From Trichoplax adhaerens (lineage: Eukaryota; Animalia; Placozoa), in the NCBI RefSeq assembly GCF_000150275.1, contig NW_002060946.1:1049562-1113561 (forward strand): a stretch of DNA of 64,000 nt, in the 5' to 3' direction. Shown here piece by piece: positions 61,301 to 64,000 of the stretch. Made by a program: the position numbers and the translations under genes. Under the pieces are notes generated by a model. The model was not told the DNA's origin. It was given only the letters and a program-made list of their open reading frames with translations, and ran no database searches. Numbering within the stretch: the stretch's first letter is position 1; the number at the start of each line of letters is the position of its first letter.

Positions 61301-64000
61301 AAAATTGATCTTTGTTCTATATCGCGGAAGGAGTAAAGTTCATCCACAATTATGATTGATAGAAGACGATTCGAATAGTTTAATGCTTCTATTTAGAGAT
61401 GAACCTAATACTCTGGCAAAGTTTTCTCATTTGTATTTCTAATTATGATAGGGAAAGTTAAGAGAAGGAGTCAAAGAAAAAGTAAAATGGAACGTTAATA
61501 GAACATCACCGAGCAATAAACTTCGAGATTTTGTCGATTGGTCGAAAGATATTCGAGAAAACATTCGATATCAAGTGAGTAAGATCATTCATAAAAGAGT
61601 TACGCACTAAAGAACAAAAACAGTATTCTAGAAGCATGAGAAATACTATATATGCAGTATAATCTTTTCTTTTCTACTTAGAGAAAGTAAATCATTTATA
61701 ACGCGGTTACAATGATTTAAGTTTAGCTGGCCTTCTGTAGGGCATGACCAGCTATAAGACATTAGTTACATACAAGCTCGAAGAATACTGTGATTAGTGT
61801 TCGCCCCTAGTTCTTTTTCCAGCTACGGATAACTTATAACATGTTATGAATGAATTACTGATTTCTGGAATGTATCTTTATCTTTCAGTCAAAAATTTTA
61901 AGTAACAAGATTGCAGCCTTTTTTGTTAAGAGAGCGTAAGTATCTGAAATTCACGGATCAATTTATAAAGTAAACGAGGTGTCTGGTATTACTACGAAAT
62001 AATTAGAGAATAGTTTGAGGTTCTGTCCTGGTGGACGTTAAAGTAGTAGCTTGTTATTGTCTCGATAGCTGTAGGGCACCGGATAGGTCTTCATTAAGGA
62101 AAGAAATTTCCATAATCATTTGTCATGACAACCTTTCATAAAATTTTGATCGCTATCTCAATAACAGCTTTCATTTGCTATTTGCTAATGTAATAGAGAT
62201 GTAGCGAGTTAATCGATATGTTACGGCTAAAACCCGATCCGGCTATAATGCGTAATAGCCAACTACAGCCCGAATTAAGAGTACAATCTTCTGAATTTCG
62301 AGCTTAAGACGGCTATATAAGAGCCTATAAGTACAATGTTCACCATATCTAATATTACAGTAATATTCGCCTAGTGTTTATGCAGTTTATCAGATCTGTT
62401 CTAGTGAGAATTCAGGAAGAATACTTATCATCATACTTGAAATAGCCAATACGGTACCTAAAGTAAATCTTGGTTAGCTATCCTAACAATTTTCTACCCA
62501 TTTCATTTGTTACAGAGATATTTTTACACTGGTTTTAAATATATTAACGCTAGCTATTAATATTCTAATGATTGTGGATTGGAGAGCAGCTGAATTTGGC
62601 GTTGCTAATCCGTATGTAGAAATATTATTAATCTCTATTTTATCCAACTAATTATTTCAGAAATACTTCAAACTAGCGTATCGAATCAATTAGCGAAATA
62701 TTTTTATCATTCATTAAGCGCAATTTAAATCAACATCTCGTAATTAAATTTTATTCTATTCTGTCTAAACTCTAGTAATGCAACTTTATTTGCAAATCCT
62801 ATACCCGTGGTTACCTTACCTATCTATAATATATTACTGTTTACGATGGGACCGCTGCATAGTGTGGCTTGTTTATTCATCATTATAAGCTATTTTCTAT
62901 CAAATCAACCCAAATTACCTACAATTGATATTTGGGGATCAAGGTGACAAGATATTGCAGTCAAATTCTTCACATAACTCAAATATAAATGTTAAACTGT
63001 GCAGCTTATTCATTTTTGCTATCTTGGATCATAGGAAAAGAGAACAAGTTAATATTTTTGCCCCAGCCAAGCGGCAACGAACATCCTATTTAGAGCATAA
63101 ATTTCTGAGCTTTAAAACCTTTTATTTATTGGTAAATTCATTTATCTACAAATCTATATTTAAATAACTTGATATAAGTTAAAGCATTGTATCTAGCATC
63201 CTTCACCAGTTAATCAATTGATCTACACCACGTTATATCGATAGTAAAGTGATCCACTTTAAGAAATTATAGCGTTTACCAGTCCTGTATGAATTGCTAA
63301 TAATTCACGAGCCAATTCTGATAGTACAGTTGCTAAGAAATACCTAAATTTTTTGCTATTTGATCATTGTTTGTTTTAATTAGCTAACCTAAGGTTTCGT
63401 TTATGTCATGATGATTAGATATTGCTAGTCTTTTCTATCTTGGGCACTTGTTATCGTGGCTACTTTTTTGCCTTGCATCTCTTACACACGGTGGCCAACA
63501 ATAATCTCTTTAGTCGAATTATTAAATCTGTGACATTAAATGGTAAGATTTGTTTATATTTATTGCATTGATCTTCATTAATTGCCTCCTTAATTCGAAT
63601 TAAATCATAACTAATAGAGTTATTATTCTAATTATGGAATTGGGTTGTGTAATTGAGAGTTACAATTATGATGTTGAAATTATGAAATTTGCCTTAGTAA
63701 CTAGAATTGGATCATAACAGGGGTAGTGTTTAATAATCTGATTGCTAAATTGGGTCATATAGTTGAATTAAGAATTTAGTTATCTATAATTTTCCTAATT
63801 TAGATTAAATCGTTATGATAGAGCTATTGAAATCAATCTAGCTATTAAGTCGAAACAGGAGAACTGGAATTAGCCAATTTTACCAGAAACAGCCTTCTTG
63901 ATTGAAATTATTTTAACGGATGTACAAAATGATTCATCAGCTGTACTGAGTTCTTTAGTTTAAAAATGATCAGATTTACTTTTAGTTGTATCCTTAATTA
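40329..64000 (+). CDS. Divergent inositol 1,4,5-trisphosphate receptor-like Ca2+ release channel, about 75 exons, 3'-truncated by the window (pore and C-terminus absent; last visible exon 63419-63542)
   Basis: N-terminus MAKSVCLGDVVSIYSEE; suppressor/MIR motifs LTYGQVVQLKHVFTNKYI and FRVMPRYKVKSEGD; RQKLMRN; RKNELYIA; RIH region YLDLLNVLCVCNGRAIPNNQ; CAEGENRFIESICQ; RIH-associated LRVLASMCDGQNTTLQNYLREQ; SIEILREGILQKVHF; transmembrane segments ending IIKSVTLNG. Confidence 0.9.
50238..50530 (+). repeat. Three diverged tandem copies (period about 108 bp) in an ITPR-like intron
   Basis: Each copy reads gaaa..gataaaatt....caaaataggaata....ttartayactt.taaa, starting at about 50238, 50346 and 50454. 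Confidence 0.8.
56961..57397 (+). repeat. About five tandem 81-97 bp units, each ending in a CAG acceptor, in an ITPR-like intron
   Basis: The recurring unit is gtatt..tt ... attctat..cttta ... aa.c.t ... cag. The last unit's CAG (57395-57397) is the acceptor of the constitutive exon at 57398. Confidence 0.88.

Overview
Eukaryotic, AT-rich, compact animal-type genomic DNA with many short GT-AG introns. It looks like a placozoan (Trichoplax-like) genome, but that is an inference from composition and gene architecture. Seven genes can be read by eye: three head-to-head pairs (KDM6/UTX-like with TAF9, C5orf34-like with RAB6, RFC4 with RIC8), then a divergent IP3-receptor-like channel of about 75 exons that runs off the right end. 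Most short ORFs in the track are spurious. The most striking structures not explained by the genes are: (1) a tandem array in an IP3R-like intron that creates four candidate 9-nt frame-preserving microexons; (2) a ~330-bp nested palindrome at the centre of the RFC4/RIC8 divergent promoter; (3) dense TACAG/CTGTA clusters at every divergent promoter but not before the IP3R-like gene; (4) an intronless KDM6 CDS with several candidate upstream first exons; (5) a U12-type intron in RAB6; (6) a 69-nt intronic hairpin. Exon boundaries were determined by hand and have no transcript support.
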